64,000 nt of DNA from Spirogloea muscicola (GCA_009602725.1 WELB01000026.1:221990-285989); one strand, 5' to 3'; positions 14,724-28,431 are shown, counted from the first letter of the stretch. Notes: generated by a model from the sequence alone, not told the origin. Numbers and translations: made by a program.

Positions 14724-17700
14724 GGCCGCGCCGCGCGCCTCCTCCGGCGGCGGCGGCGGCGGTGGCGGCCCGGGAGACTCGGCGGGCCAGGCGCAGGATC
14801 ATGGCTTCCCTCTGCTGGATATCGTGAGCGAGCTCAGCCCTTGCCGAGCCCCGTGCAGCTGCTCCTGCTGCCGCGGTCGCCTGCCCGCCCCGCGGCATCC
14901 GCCAACGGGCGTCATCCGAGGGCCTTGCAGGCCATCTTGCCATTGACACCCTGTCATTGCCAGCATGTTGGTTGACAAGAGCACTGTTCGACTCGTGGGA
15001 AACTCACGTACTACACTTAGCACACTGCGCACTCTAAATTCTGAGACTCGTTCGGCAACATATCACAGGCGCACACTGCGTGCTGAATATCTCGATCGTA
15101 GTCTGGCCACCCAGCTGCTGCTTTAGCTAAGCTTTACTTTTAGCTAAGCTTCAGTCTGGCCACCCAGCTGCCAGCTTCAGCTAAGCTTCAGCTCGGTTGG
15201 GCTTGGCCAGGCGGGGGCCTTCTAACTCCGCTGCGACTCATGGCCCTGTGTGCAGCACTGGGACTGGGCGGCCGCCGAGCCTGTCGCAGGCCAGGACGCC
15301 TTCGACAACGTGGTCAAGGAGCAGCTTGCTGGCTCTGGAGGATCCGCCGGCAGCCCTGCCAGAGACGCGGCTGTCCTGGACCCCGGCGGCCTCGCGAGAT
15401 ACGCGGCCATGCTTGGCCTGCAGTCCCCCGTGTCGGAGCGCGAGGAAGCCGCGCTCGCGCTCTGGCGGCACGCCAAGGGCGGCCGGGCTTGCATCGACCA
15501 GATTGCCGCCATGCCGGGATGCCTGAACCTCCTCGTGCTCCTCCTGGGGTCCGGCAGCAGCCCCCCGGCTGCGGAGGCCGCCGCCGGGCTGCTGCAGCGC
15601 GTCGCTGCGGTCGAGGATTACCGGCTCGAGCTGCAGAGCGCTGGCGCCCTGGAGGAGGTCGCTGGCCTCCTCTTGCGAGGTGCGCCACCAGCGGTACAGG
15701 CCGTTGGCCCGCACTCGCCACCGTCCTAGTCATCTCTCTACAGCAAGTCCTTGATCTATAGGCAAGTGATCAGAGGTTACCGGATTGAGGTTACTGTTGT
15801 AGTGTCAGGGTCTACAGTAGCCAGTGGCGTTGAGCCCAAGAGCTCCTGGCATGTGCTTCCCCGCTTTCTCAGGTCGAAGAACAAGCATCCGGCCTCCTGG
15901 TCTCCCTGTCCACCGCCGTCTCTGAGGCTCCCCGCGTTGTGGAGCTTGGCTTGCTGCCCAAGCTCGTCGCCATGCTCGACCCGGCTCACCGCGCCATCCA
16001 GGAGGCAGCTGCCAAAGCCCTGGCCAATGTGACTCGCTGGCCAGGCGCGTGGGAGCAGGTAGCAGAGATTGGCGGTATACCCAAGCTGGTGCGTGGGCCA
16101 GAGCCTCAGCCTGTTACTGTTGAATGCAAGTTAGTTGCTGGCACTCACTTGTAATGTGGTGACTGCTAATTTTGTATCCCATAGCCTGCACATCATTGCC
16201 CAAGTCAAAGAAGGGCTTCTTGGTATGGGCATGTCAAGACCTCATTCATTTCAGGCCTTCAAGCTCCAAGTAGCTGGTGCTTTGAACACATTGGAAGGAG
16301 AGACAATCATCTAAGCTTCATTGTGATTGTCAAAGCAGGCACAGCTCGTTCTGGAGGAGTCCACGCAAGGGCTGGCGAGACAGAGTGCCCGCAGCGCGCT
16401 GACGGAGCTCTGCAAGGTGCCCTTTCTCAGGGCCTTGATAATTGAGGAGGGGTTAGTGGTTGTGCCCCTCATTGGCGCTGACGCCTACCGATCCTTCAAG
16501 CCGCTGCTGCATGAGGCGCCGCAGCTGCCTCAGAGCGTCAAGCTGGAGAGACAGACCTTGCCAGCTGGTGAGGATGGGGACTTTGGGGCCGGCAGCCTCC
16601 TCCTGGGCCTGTCTGTCTTTGATGAGGCGAGCCAGGTGGATGAGCAGGCGCAGCAAGAGCTTGAAGGCAAGGTGCGGCAGCAGTTCCTGGCGCGGCTTGG
16701 GATCCTGGAAAAGGCCCAGGCCAAGCAGCAAACTGCTAGCGACCAAAGCCTCAACGTGGTGATCGGCGACAGACAGCCTCAAGACGAGATGGCTGGCCCA
16801 GCAAATGGCGGCATGTCTAGTGGGGACAGGTCGTCGGACAATGTTGAGAGAGTTACGGTGATGCCACGGTTGGACGGCCTGCCTCGCCTTGTCCTCATCC
16901 TTGGCCTTGACGATGCCACTGTGGCTGGAAGGGCTGCAAGAGCAGTTGCAGAATTCGCTATGACAGAGGACAATCGGCAAGCGATGCGGAATGCTGGCGC
17001 CATACCGCACCTCGTTCGCCTCCTTGGCTCTGGAGACGAGGAAGCAACAGCAGCTGCAGCTGTTGCTCTCAGCCAGCTAGCACTCAGGTCCTTAGCCTCA
17101 AGCTTGATCACCAAACCTATAGGTTGTCAAGTATCAACGGGTCATGAATGTCTACTTGCTCATTGAATGTATCTACAGTTGCCGCTTGTGGAGCTGGAGC
17201 AGCACGTTGTACCACACGCGTACAAGTATAGAAGCCCTCTAGAAGGTGGCTGTATACCCACATCGTCATGGAAAGAAAGTCATTGCACAAGCACAGGTTA
17301 GCACTTGGTTTCTGATGCTTCTTACTGTGTTGGATCTTGTGATCGTCCAGCGCACCTGTCAGAGGTTCCATTTGCAGTCATGGAGCCATTCCTGCCCTGG
17401 TGGCACTGCTCATCGCGAAGAGCGCTCCAATTGGTGTCAAAGAGCAGGTTGACAGTCGTTTCCATATTGCTGATACACGGTTGACAAATGCATGCATAGA
17501 GAATTGCTTATGCTGGTGCCAATAGATACATATGGAACATACCTGTGAGTGGTGATGAGCACATGCCAACAGACGGGTTGCATTAGTTGTTGCATCAGTT
17601 TCTAATGACATCCCGATCTTGGCATATGAGAAGTATATAGTTCACAGAGCAGGCCCTGATGACCAGATGCCTTTTCCTTGGAATAGGTTATGGGCACCCT

Positions 17701-19272
17701 CTTGAGGTTGTCTGATACTGACCATTATTCTGGCACAGCGGTACTGGGCACAGCACCTCAACACTCCATGCTTTGCCATCTGCTCAGGCATGTAGCTCAG
17801 CTAGGCAAAGTCTGCATGGTAGCACGTGTCCATGGCTCCGAGACGCGGTTACCTGTAATGCGGTACAAGCTGTCTAACCAAGTCTGTGACTGGGACCTCT
17901 GTTCAGGGACAGGATGTAGGGCTTCTTGAGATGCTTAGAGCAGGTGAAGGTAGTCAGGAGGCACCAGATGAGTCTGGCAATGCGCCACAAGGCAAGCCAT
18001 CTGCAATGCTTGATCCCAGGTAAATGTGGCTGCTTTGAGCAGAGCTATACACTCAAGCCTGGCTAGGCCTTAATCTGGCCTCTAAACCACCACCAGTAGT
18101 ATGCTTGCTGACTGCAAGCTTCTATTTGACTGGATGCAGTAACTGGTTGTATCTTTCACTTAATTTGTCAGGCCTACTTCTTTCGTTCTAAGTTTACTGG
18201 CTGTCACTGTCATGGGCAGGCAGGAACTCCTGGAAGCTGGTGGACTTCCTCCTCTTTTGGAGTTGCTGCATGTTGGGAGCATGAGTCAGAAGCAGCTCGC
18301 AGCCAAGGTTCTTGTCAGTATCGCCAGTGAAAGGTCGAATTCGGATGCAATGGTGTCTGCGGGCATCATTGACGCCCTCGAGGTGGCGCTGCACCTGCAG
18401 CATGCACCAGGTGAGCAATGAGACGTAACCCTGAAGGAAGGCTCATTAGTGAAAGTTGCATGTGCTATGAGCTGGGTCCTGGTCTACATTCAAGTACAGA
18501 GTAAAATTGCATGTGCTATCAGCTGTGTCGTGGTCTACATTCAAGTACAGAGTGAGCTTGCTGACACAGGGTTGATACTGACTGCTGGCTAGGTACAACA
18601 ACTGCGGGTGAGGGCCTTGACGAAAGCCGGGAAGGTCTTCCCCTCGAGGAAAGCGAAGGAGTACCTTTGATGGAGGAGCTGTGGCAGATGCAGACCGCCT
18701 GCGGCAGGGTGGTGGAGCTGTTGGCCACCTATGTAACGGGGGATACAGCCTTTGCTCTCAGAAGCGCCGGCTTGTCTGCAGTGCTCAGGGATCTCCTTCG
18801 AGCAGAGGTGCCACTGTCGGTCAAGGAGCAGGCAGCGGCAGCGCTGCTCAAACTCGAGGACCGTCCCCCCAGCTTGGGCTTCTTCAAGGCCCCCGATGCC
18901 GGGGTGAAGAAGGAGGTGGCCATGCTCAGCCTGCTGCCAAGCTTGGTGGAGCAGCTGAGCACAGCTCCCGCGCTGAAGTTGCGAGAGGAGGCCGTCCTCA
19001 CGCTGCGGGATCTCGTGCAGAGCGGCGGTGACGATTTCGTTGCAGCCTTGGCGTCGGCTGGAGGGATTTTTCCAGTTGTGCAGCTTCTTGGCTCTAGTGA
19101 GGACAGCGTGCGCGAGGCTGCACTGACAGTTCTCTGCAAGCTGGCCATTGTGGAGGAAAATCAGCCAGCCATCCTTGCGGCAGGCGCACCGGACGCTCTG
19201 GAACGCGTTGTGAAGCGAGGCAGGGCGGATTGGGAGCTCGCTCTCCACGTTCTCAGGCTACTACCCGTTTGA
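14724..19272 (+). CDS. Armadillo-repeat protein (plant conserved family); start lies in the gap
   Basis: EREEAALALWRHAKGGRACIDQIAAMPGCLNLLV, LIIEEGLVVVPLIGADAYRSFKP, and several ARM units (NRQAMRNAGAIPHLVRLL, ALASAGGIFPVVQLL, NQPAILAAGAPDAL). Stop at 19272. Confidence 0.85.
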
Positions 19273-20271
19273 TATTACCTGCCGTCGGGCGTTTAGTCTC
19301 CAATGGCTGCATTGGTGAAGGTAGTCAGTCGCAAACCCAGGCATGAGCTGGTATACATACATGAGGAACTTCATGTAAGTATACCTTACTCAACTGGTGC
19401 AGAAGGCACGAACTGGCGTGGCGGTTGTGATTGCAACATTGTCAAGCTTGGCCAGAAACCATTTTTGCACCCTTCTGTGAGCTCAGAAGTGCGTTGTAGT
19501 AAAGCTTGTGCTGTGCCACAACCTGGTCAATCCTAGTCTACTATGGCAACCAGAGCTGGCTTTTCACATCATATACTTGCTGCTTAGGCTGCGGCATGCG
19601 GGGGGTAGTTGGAGATGATTGTGAATGTAGCTGGACGATGCAGGCGCAACCAAAGCATGATGGGTGATAGTTAGTCTGGAGTTTTGAGGGAGCAGCAGTG
19701 AGCCGCAGAGCGATGGTGTCTTGTAGTGATACACTTCTTTGCCATATATGCCAGGACGAGTCAGTCAGGCAGAAGTTGAGAATGCAAAAGACAACGGGGG
19801 GCTTGCCACCGGGTGGATATTCCAGTGGTGGGCCGAAGCACAGGAGTGAGCACTCCTCCATTTCCAAGAGCAGGCGCAGTGGCTGGCTGTCCAGCTCAAC
19901 ATAGCTTTGCTTGAGGCCACAGATAATGGGGTAGATTACCTACTCCGTGCAGTAAGAAACAATTGACATCCTAAAAGCCCTGAGCATTGCATGAGCTGTA
20001 ATCACTTGCATTGGCCTTCTGTCCTCGAACTCCATCATGCTGACACCTCTCCGCCCCAGCATTGCTTGGAATGCTTGAGAGGGGCTGGCTGCCTGTATTC
20101 AGCGTCCTCCACCGTGCTGGAGAAGTGCCACTCTTCGAAATTTGCAGCTTAGAAATCTCACCACATTGGTCCGTCGCATTATGGACAGGGTCAGGCAGGC
20201 TCGGGTCTGCTCATGGCAGCCACTCCCATGAACTGCCAGTCCACAGCCATCTTCCATGTTAACACTACCCA

Positions 20272-20562
20272 TTAAGAGGCAGGCCGCTGCAACCTTCCAA
20301 ACGTGACCCTAGTCTGCTCCAGGCTCTCGGGCTGGCCACTTTTCCAGCCACCCGCCTGCTCTAGTAGAGCGCCTTGCCTTCGGCTGTCATTGACGCCAGC
20401 GCAGGTGTCTGGTCGCTGCTGCTCAGCCTGCTGAGCAAAGTGGGCTGGCGGCGCCGCCCTGCCCATTACCTCACACCTGCACTGTGCCTTCTCCTCCGAG
20501 CTCGGCCGGCCGCTCGCAGCCGCTGCCCCTCCTTGGGGAGGCTTCGCCGTCACGGCGTCCAT
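20272..20562 (-). CDS. Hypothetical protein (unrecognised; may be spliced)
   Basis: GCCATGG start context (MDAVTAKPPQGG...), a pyrimidine-rich leader and TATA-like TAATTAAAA upstream. No recognisable domain. Confidence 0.25.
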   Translation of the reverse strand: MDAVTAKPPQGGAAAASGRPSSEEKAQCRCEVMGRAAPPAHFAQQAEQQRPDTCAGVNDSRRQGALLEQAGGWKSGQPESLEQTRVTFGRLQRPAS

Positions 20563-21268
20563 GGCGGGCCACACCAAGCACCACAACGAATAGCTCTCGT
20601 AGGGGCGCGGGCTGCGAAGCGCTACTGACAGAAGACGAAGATGGACAAGGTAGGGAGTACGGGTGGAGGTGGTGGGCTCTGCATCTACGGTTTTGGTTTC
20701 GGGATTGGTGTGCGGTTTTTAATTATTAGAAAAGCTCCGCTGCTGGTTGTCAAACAGTTTCTCGTACTTCAGATCTCCGAGAAGTTCAGGTTGCAGGAGA
20801 AAGGGCTCGCCTATGGAGGATAGGGGCTGGAAAAGCCAGCCCAAGAAAGAAGGAACAAAGTTCGAGAAGGGGGCCAGGGGAAGCGCTAAGAAAGCAAGCA
20901 CAACAAGAACCAAAGCAGCTACGTATTACTCGGTAACCCCTGCTAAGCAGCCTCAGGTCAGAGAAGCTAGGCTCCTGGAAGTGGGTCCCTTGGCCAGAGC
21001 CAGAGGCAGCAGCGAGGGCTCTGCGGGCACGCAGGTGCAGCGCGCGGGGCATAGACCTCTGCAGCGAGACGGCCAAGCGCATCCGGTACACCTGCGCTAG
21101 CGACCCGGCTGCGGGAAAGTCCACTGGCTCCCCCATGGAAGCGGCGGACGATGGCGTGGCGGGCGAGCTGGTTGAGCAGCTCGAGCCACCGAGCGCCCGA
21201 CGTTCGGGTTGCCAAGTCATCGCCGGCCCTCCGGATCGGTCCAAGAGCCCCGCTTTCCGCAAGGAAGA

Positions 21269-21422
21269 CACGTGCGCCGGCAGCCGCGCCCGCAGCGCAC
21301 CCAGGCCGCAACAGAAGCCTGTCGGGACCTGCCGACCTGGCGCTGCACGTGGGCCTCCGGCCGCGCAGACCGGCGGCTTGGGCCTCCCGCCAGCTGGCTC
21401 CGTGGCCCGTCGGGCGCACGTG
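21269..21422. promoter_or_regulatory. Cluster of three G-boxes (CACGTG)
   Basis: CACGTG at 21269, 21346 and 21417, next to a duplicated GC-box-like GGCCCCCGCCCCGCGCCACCTCCCTCC at ~21510 and ~21553. Confidence 0.45.
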
Positions 21423-21842
21423 CGAGCGGATGCCCCCGCCTTCCGCGCTCTTCGGCGCCGATCCCGCGGGGCTCCCGCCAAAAGCGGACCCGCCATCCCG
21501 CCAAAGGGGGGCCCCCCGCCCCGCGCCACCTCCCTCCTCTCCCGCCAAAAGCGGCCCCCGCCCCGCGCCACCTCCCTCCACTCCGCCGAAGCCCGCCGCC
21601 CCCCTCCCAGCCTGGCCGCGAGGGCCCCACCCCCAAAGGCCTCGAGCTTGCCAGCGTGGGCCGCCCTCACCTCCCCCCCCTCCTCCCCGCCTGCAGCCCC
21701 CGGCTGCGCAGCAGCTCCGTCCTCCTCCTCCCCGCCTCCCTTTCCCAGCTCCTCCCCCTCTCGAGAGCCCCCTTGCTGCCTGGCCACTCCCGGCAGGCAG
21801 CTCCCGCAGCTCCGCCCGCAGCCTTCGCCGCCGCTGCCGCCG

Positions 21843-21877
<35 letters not shown>

Positions 21878-21983
21878 GAAGTCTCGCAAGACCGCCGCCT
21901 CACACCGCCTGCCGGCTCCGGACGATGCGCCGCCGCCGCTGCCGCCGCTGCCGCTGCGGCCACCGGGCTTGCCGGGCCTGGAG

Positions 21984-22400
21984 ATGCGCATGACGGGCCC
22001 GCCGCTCGGCGGGGAGCTGACGACGTCCGCTGCGCCGGCCTCCCACCGAGACCCGGCCGCCGCAGCGGCCGCGCTCGCAGGGCCGCCGCCGCCGGCGAGG
22101 CATGCCCGTGCAGCTGAGCCGTCGACCCGGCTCTCGATTCTGTCAGCCAGTGTTGTGGCGAACGACGGCGCGCGGCTTTCAACGACGTCTTCGGAGAGCC
22201 CAATCTCCATCGCCACTGCCCACGATCCCGGCAGCGATGGGCGCCGCAGCTTGGTCCCGTCCCTCCTGGGGGGCCTGCACGTCGTCTCGGCGGTGCCGTC
22301 CATCGTGGTGACCAGCCGCAGCAGCGGCATGGCGGCGGCGCAGTCCAAGCGCGTGTGCATCGACTACCGGCTCGTTGTTGTCGCGAGGGCCAAGGACTGA
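21984..22400 (+). CDS. Hypothetical protein (138 aa; frame and strand uncertain)
   Basis: Follows a (CCG)n tract like those in front of the other genes here, with GC-ending codons. The antisense frame is also open and no domain is recognised. Confidence 0.25.
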   Translation: MRMTGPPLGGELTTSAAPASHRDPAAAAAALAGPPPPARHARAAEPSTRLSILSASVVANDGARLSTTSSESPISIATAHDPGSDGRRSLVPSLLGGLHVVSAVPSIVVTSRSSGMAAAQSKRVCIDYRLVVVARAKD

Positions 22401-23261
22401 GCTGTCGGCCTGTGACGCACAAGCAAGGCCTGCATTCACCTCCTCGGGCACAGAGTCTGGCGAGGCATCATCCCGAGGACGAGCAGTGCAAGGCTTTACG
22501 CAGGCTGCTGCTGCTGCTGCTGCTGCAGAATCTCGAGGAGGTTTGGAATACCCTCGATTGAGGTCTCACCAGCTTCTTCATGAGGTTGCAGCAGCCACTG
22601 ACTTTAGACTTTTTTCGTTTAGTCACAGTCTCCATACCCAGGTTGCAACAGGATGCATTTACATGTTGACTGGTATATAACTCCAACACTTGCAACTAGA
22701 AAAGATGTTAACACATGTATGGGTGCATGTAGACTTGCTGGCAGTATTGGTACATGAGATAGGCGACAAATGTCCATCGTATACTAGGCGCGTGTATTCG
22801 TGAGCCTGCTAACCTCACTCCCCGACTGTTCTCCAATAGTATGTCAATAGCAACTCAAGGTCTTGATCTGTTCTTACTGCTGGGGTACCCTGAGTGAGTC
22901 AGCACCAAGCAAGACTTCCCAGCAGTCTGCTCTGTACCGATTTAGTGGTGGCAGTGACGAGATAGGAGTGGGTAGAGAAGCACAAGAGTTGGTTCTTCTA
23001 TGTATTGGCGGGTTACCTACTCTCAAAGCGGCTCCACTTGCCTCAGAGCGGCTCTACTTGCAAGCAACCCAATCGGCTGTGAACACATCAGATCTAGAAT
23101 CACTCTTGCAGGGGGTGGCAATTACTGAATCAAAGCATGTTGGGGTCCTCAATCACTCTTAGCTACTTCCTCATATTCTCCTGAACAGGCTGCAGATTGG
23201 GGCAGCCTTGTTTTCGTGTGTAGTAATCGTGAACGAGCTCTAATACCCAAGAAGCTTCCAA

Positions 23262-26200
23262 TCATTCCCAAAACCTGCGAGCAGAGAAGAACTCTCGGTG
23301 TGGATGTGCTTGCCGATGGTTTTCCAAGGCTGCTCGGATCTCCTTCGCCTGCCAAGCAGATGACTGAAAGTGTGATCAGGTCCTTCAAAAGGGCACCTCG
23401 AGATGATAGAAGGCATCTGCCAAAGGTTGCCAGAATTGGCTATGACCACAATACTGACTGCAGGTTGTTCAACAGTGCAATTACACAGCCACTACTTACG
23501 AAGATGCAACCATTCCTCAGACACCCAACTTGCCCCACAAGCAAGTACCATGTCTCTCTGGAGGTCTACAAGACACTGTCTAACATGGAGGTCTACAAGA
23601 CACTGTCTAACACAGTATGCATGGCCACTTTGACTGCTTGAGGACAAGCTCCAGTAGCCTTACAAACACCCAGACACTGCAACACGGGCAGCATGTGCAT
23701 GCTGTGGGCAACTCTAGATTGCGAAGATGCAGAAAACGTACATCAAGGCGACCGTCGTGGTCTGTGTCGAGCATCCTGAACACAAGGTCCAGCTCCCTCT
23801 GCAATACCCAGTAATTCTATGTTTGATGCATGCCTGAGAAGCCAGCTTAAGTACAGCCACACAAGAATAGACATGGCATGTGCTTGTTTGCTCTAGAAGA
23901 ACGTGGCCACCTCACCTTGCGGACGTTCTTGGCAGATGGGTGAGCCTTGCACAGGAGAAGGAAGTCGTCCTTTTTCACTATTCCATCTGCAGATTCCAAG
24001 GTAGTAATGATCCACGCATAGTTCATTTTAAGCGTTAATGTTATGCAGCCCTACTAGATATGTACATTGCCAGTCAGCGGTGCATATAAAGCGGAGTGCA
24101 CACAAAGGACCAGCTCCTGTTGGCCAAGTCTTGATCAAGCAACAACTGAAACATGGCCTAGCTTTGCAGGATCACAATAAGGACTGTCAAACCATGGCCC
24201 ACCTCGGCTAGCTACGGCCTGGACTATATCGTCAATGTCGTCCATATGCTGAAGAAGGTCCCGAAGCGCTGCTTGGTCCTGCAAGTGTGGCTAGGACTCA
24301 TGACGTCAGACAAGCTGGACTTGTCACCAGGCACCGTGATGTAGCAAGATCATACAAATACGCATGGTACCCGGCTTTCGACCAAACAGATGTATGGTCA
24401 ATCAGTACGCAGAGACAAGACAAGAGAAGAGGCCTACTTGGGCACGTCTCCTGTCAGCCGTGCTCGGTCGAATCTGGAAGAAGTAGATGAAGATTGCAAG
24501 TATTGCGACTGAGGACAGCGCAGTGCTCCCTACCACATAAGCAAAAAAGTGCGGGTGGTCCTCCACCCCACTGAGATTGCGCCACATGACAGCGTTTAGT
24601 GAGGTTGCTTGGAGATAAGCCCTGACTGAGGCTGCCTGCCACTTGAAGCATAGATTTTCAGCCCACCTTGCCATGGCAGATGACTTGCCAACGAGAAGCA
24701 GCTTCGCAGTGAGACTCACTTGGGAATGTTCATGCCAAAGAAGGCAGCTGGTACAGTTGCCCTGCGCCCACATCAAACAAGGGCGATGCCGACTATTGGG
24801 TCTGATCCATTGCTTGCCACAGGTTTTAAATTTGTGAATTAACATGCTTGTCCATCTGTCATCGGCCTGAGACAAGTAAACTTTATGAAGGGTCATAAAC
24901 TTCGAATGCAAGGAAGACTGTGACTGTCAGCTTGCCGCATATTTGTATATCGCGGTCCATATCACGAGGAACTTTTGGGCATTGCAAGATTACAATTGTT
25001 GACAGGAGTTCAAGAGACTGTGAGGTGGTCTCACGAGGTCAGGCAGAGAGTAGCAATGGACGTGAAAAGGTTGATCCGAATGATGCGGTTGCGCGTCGTG
25101 TCCAGCCCTAGCTCCCACACCTGCCCGGACACCCAGGTCAGCAGCTTGTAAGCAGGCCGATACGCATCAACCTCCACAGTAACGCCTTCGTGCTAGACAA
25201 AATCAAGTACTAGTCAAAACAAATGCACGTGCGTTCATCTGCAACGTGCTCAGGATCTGGGCTTTCACAAGCCAACAGACCTCTTGTGCCGCTTCCATGT
25301 TGGTACGAAGCTCCGAGAGTGCACCCCCTACATCTTGCAGCTGGCACAAGCGATGCGAGCATGCCACAAGCTAGGTGGGTTTAAAGTTGGTGGAGAGGTT
25401 GGGAAGACTGAGCTGCCAGATGCAAGTCAGCAGCAGCAGGCCCCACGCCTGAATTAAAAGCTCAGTCTTGGTGGGCTTCCGAACAATTCCTCAGAAGCCA
25501 ATTCTGCAAGTCCCAAAGATCCTCTGCCATGATCATGCTGAAAATTTCTATCCTTGCCTGGTACCTCGTTAGTGTAAGAGATGAGCATGTCCACTGTGGC
25601 TGCCTTAGCCTTGTGTTGCCGTTCCTCTACTGCCTGGGAGCCATTTCTGCGTCCTGCATCAAGACCATGGACAGCAGTGTGCCACGAGCTGGTGACAAGG
25701 AGCTCTGATGAGCTCGTCCATTGGTGGCAGCCTCATTGGTCAAATAGCATGCCATTAATGATTTGCATGCTATATCGTAGATACGTTGTGATTGTGTTGC
25801 AGCCTTGACTTACATTGTAGTCTAAGACGAGATGATCTGACTTGAGACCAAACAACCGACCCATTGTCACTCACAAATGCCAAAGCCACCAGACTAGCCC
25901 AGTGACTGCCAACATTCTATGAGGCACTCACTGTGCCCGCCAGAATTCGCGCCGAGATCATAATATGCCGAGTCGCCGACTGCCTCGGGCCAAGACTGCG
26001 GGGAGGACCCGTCGCACAGGAGCCCAAGCATGTCGTCATTGCCGAGCACCTGTGCAGAGCACAGCACCTCGAAATCGTCAGACAAGGTGAACACAATAAC
26101 TCCATGCTGTACTTCCGTCTTGTACACCAGCAAGTGTAGATCACCCAGAGCACATAATACCAACTATTGTTGAGAGAACGGACGTGCATAGCAGAAAGGC

Positions 26201-28278
26201 CGAGTGCCAAGACAGGGAGCTCGACGAAATCACCTCCTCAATAGCACTGTGACTTTCTCGCACGTCATTTTCAAGGCTCGTAAGAGCTCCCTTTAGTGGC
26301 AGCAGGCGGTGCAAGCTTCGCCATGACAAATCCCACCCTGATTGTCAGCCGTGCTGAAAATATATATGAATCGCCCAGCAGCTCGCCTCACAAAAGAGTA
26401 AGTTCCATTGCACAATCGATCTCAAGAATATCCACATGATGGATATTCAGAGCAGCCCATTATTGAGCATCACGCAAGCCCGTACCCCGCCAAGCTCACG
26501 TCCTCCGTAAGGTCCTCCAGCATCCGTTCCACGACCATCCGCAGCCTTCTCTGAGCAGGAGGGAATAGAAGTGAAAATGGCAGCAGAATCTTTACAAAAT
26601 AAGTCCTCAAACACAAAAATGAGTGACTCTGCAAGAACCTGGGTCACTCTGCCATTCGTCTTCGGTGCTTCTGAAGAAAGTAAAGCAAATGGTGATGCTG
26701 TTGGAAGTTTGTGTTGTGCCGCCCTGCCTCTCAAACTTGTGGTCGAAGAAGGAGGTGGTCTCGTGCAGGATGCCTTCGAGCATGCGGAGCCGGAAGGGCA
26801 TGGTGCCCCACATGGGCGATGCCGGCCGTCGCTCCAGCTCTGACATGGTCATCGCAAATGCATCCGTCGACCTGGCAAAGACGATCAGCGCCTCAGCTGC
26901 TGATATCATGTGCGACGTCTGAGTAGCATACAAAGACACTTCGAATCAGAGCAAAGCAAGTCAAAGACCATGGCCTTTTCTTGGACTTTGCTGAGAGGCC
27001 GAGGTCACCCACCGGATGAATCCACGGTGCATGTGCCTGTCGCCACCTCCATGGCCACCCTCCTCCTGGTCGCAGCCCTCGTCTCTGCTGCCATTGTCCT
27101 CCTTGTCGACCGACAGCGCTGTGGCGCCGGCGCTAAGCGGCCGATGCCGCTTTGCAGACGCCCTGCAGCACACCTCAGCAAGAACTTGCATCACAAATCC
27201 AGGAACTGATTTGCTGATTCGAAAAACGTGCGAGATAGCAAGTAGTGTGCAATGCTAGTGTCCTTCAAAGTTGGGTGCGACGCGTCGTGACTCAGCAGCT
27301 AAGACATGTCACGCATGCAGCATCGGCATCCTGTACACTGCCGAGAGGGCTTGGGGCAGCCCGGAGTTCTGCAAGTGAGGAGGAAGGACAGTCCGGGGGA
27401 CCGAGGAGGAGGAGGGCTCACCTCGGGCGGCGCGCATCGAAGAAGAGGGCGTAGTCCTCAGCCACCACGGCGCGGACATTCTCCATCCTCACAAGAAGCT
27501 GCGCGCGGAGCTCCGGCTCAGATTCGTGGACCTCGGCCTCAGGGATGTCCGGCGAGGCAAAGGAGGATGCTTGGCGCTGTGGCCAGAGGGGGGCTCACTT
27601 TGTTACTGCGGATGGCCAAGACAGCCCGCTTAGGCGCGAACGAGGAGCTGTCGACCGCGTCCAGGTCCCGGGGCCGCATGCCCTGCAGCAAGCGTTAACG
27701 GCCAATAACGGCTGAAGCCTTCAACCTCAGCGACACACAGCGCCGCATTGATTGGCCCATCTGCTGCGCAGCGAGAGCGAGAGCGAGAAGGAGAGGAGAG
27801 CGAGAGAGCCCCACCAGCTCGTCGAGGTCGAGAGCCATGCGTCGGTGCTCGCCGCCAGCGTCGAGGCGCACGACCTGTATGCAGCGTCGAGCAGCGGCGG
27901 CGGGCTCACTCAGCAGCTCCAAGATTCAGAATGCCGACGTTGGCAGCTGGGTACGAAAGCCAAATCCTTTCCTGATTCTACACGTCATCCCGAAGCCTAC
28001 TGCTTCAGGCGGACCTGGTATGGCTTGCCATCCGGCGCACTCGGCGCCAGCTGAGGCTCTGCGGCAGCGGCTGTCCCCAGTGGCGCTCTCTGCATGAGCT
28101 GCCGCCACACAGTGCCACGGAATGGCCGCCCGGTGGCCGACTCCGCCTGTGTTGGTGCTGGTGGTGGTGGTGATGGAGGCGGCACGGCAGAGCTGCTGCG
28201 GCTGGCAGCCGCTGCTGGGCCTCTCAGCAGCCGCCGGGCCAGCCGCGCTGCGGAGCTCCGCTGCAGTGGTGCCGCCAT
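23262..28278 (-). CDS. MRS2: MRS2/CorA-family Mg2+ transporter with mitochondrial-type presequence and C-terminal EF-hands, multi-exon
   Basis: Arg-rich N-terminus; GMRPRDLDAVD, LLVRMENVRAVV, MPFRLRMLE, LHRLLPLK, LDTTRNRIIRINL; AFFGMNIP signature (24728-24736); second TM FFAYVVGSTALSSVAILAIFIYF; EF loop DTDHDGRLD|AKE. Confidence 0.88.
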
Positions 28279-28431
28279 GGCAGGCCGTTGCCGCGATCAG
28301 CTGCGGGCTTGTGAGCTCAAGTGGCTAGTTGCATTATGTGGGCATGCAGGACATCCATTGGAGGAGATAGGGGACAGAGGAGGGCGATGGGGGGCAGCGA
28401 GGAAGCGGGAGGCCTTGGAGGTGGGGGGTGN

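Noticed and set aside
13617..14975. 350-450 aa ORFs containing X runs
   Set aside because: Read-through across an assembly gap; they join unrelated sequence.
20786..22360. 524-aa minus-strand ORF
   Set aside because: Stop-poor GC-rich promoter-like sequence, open in several frames, with no recognisable domain.
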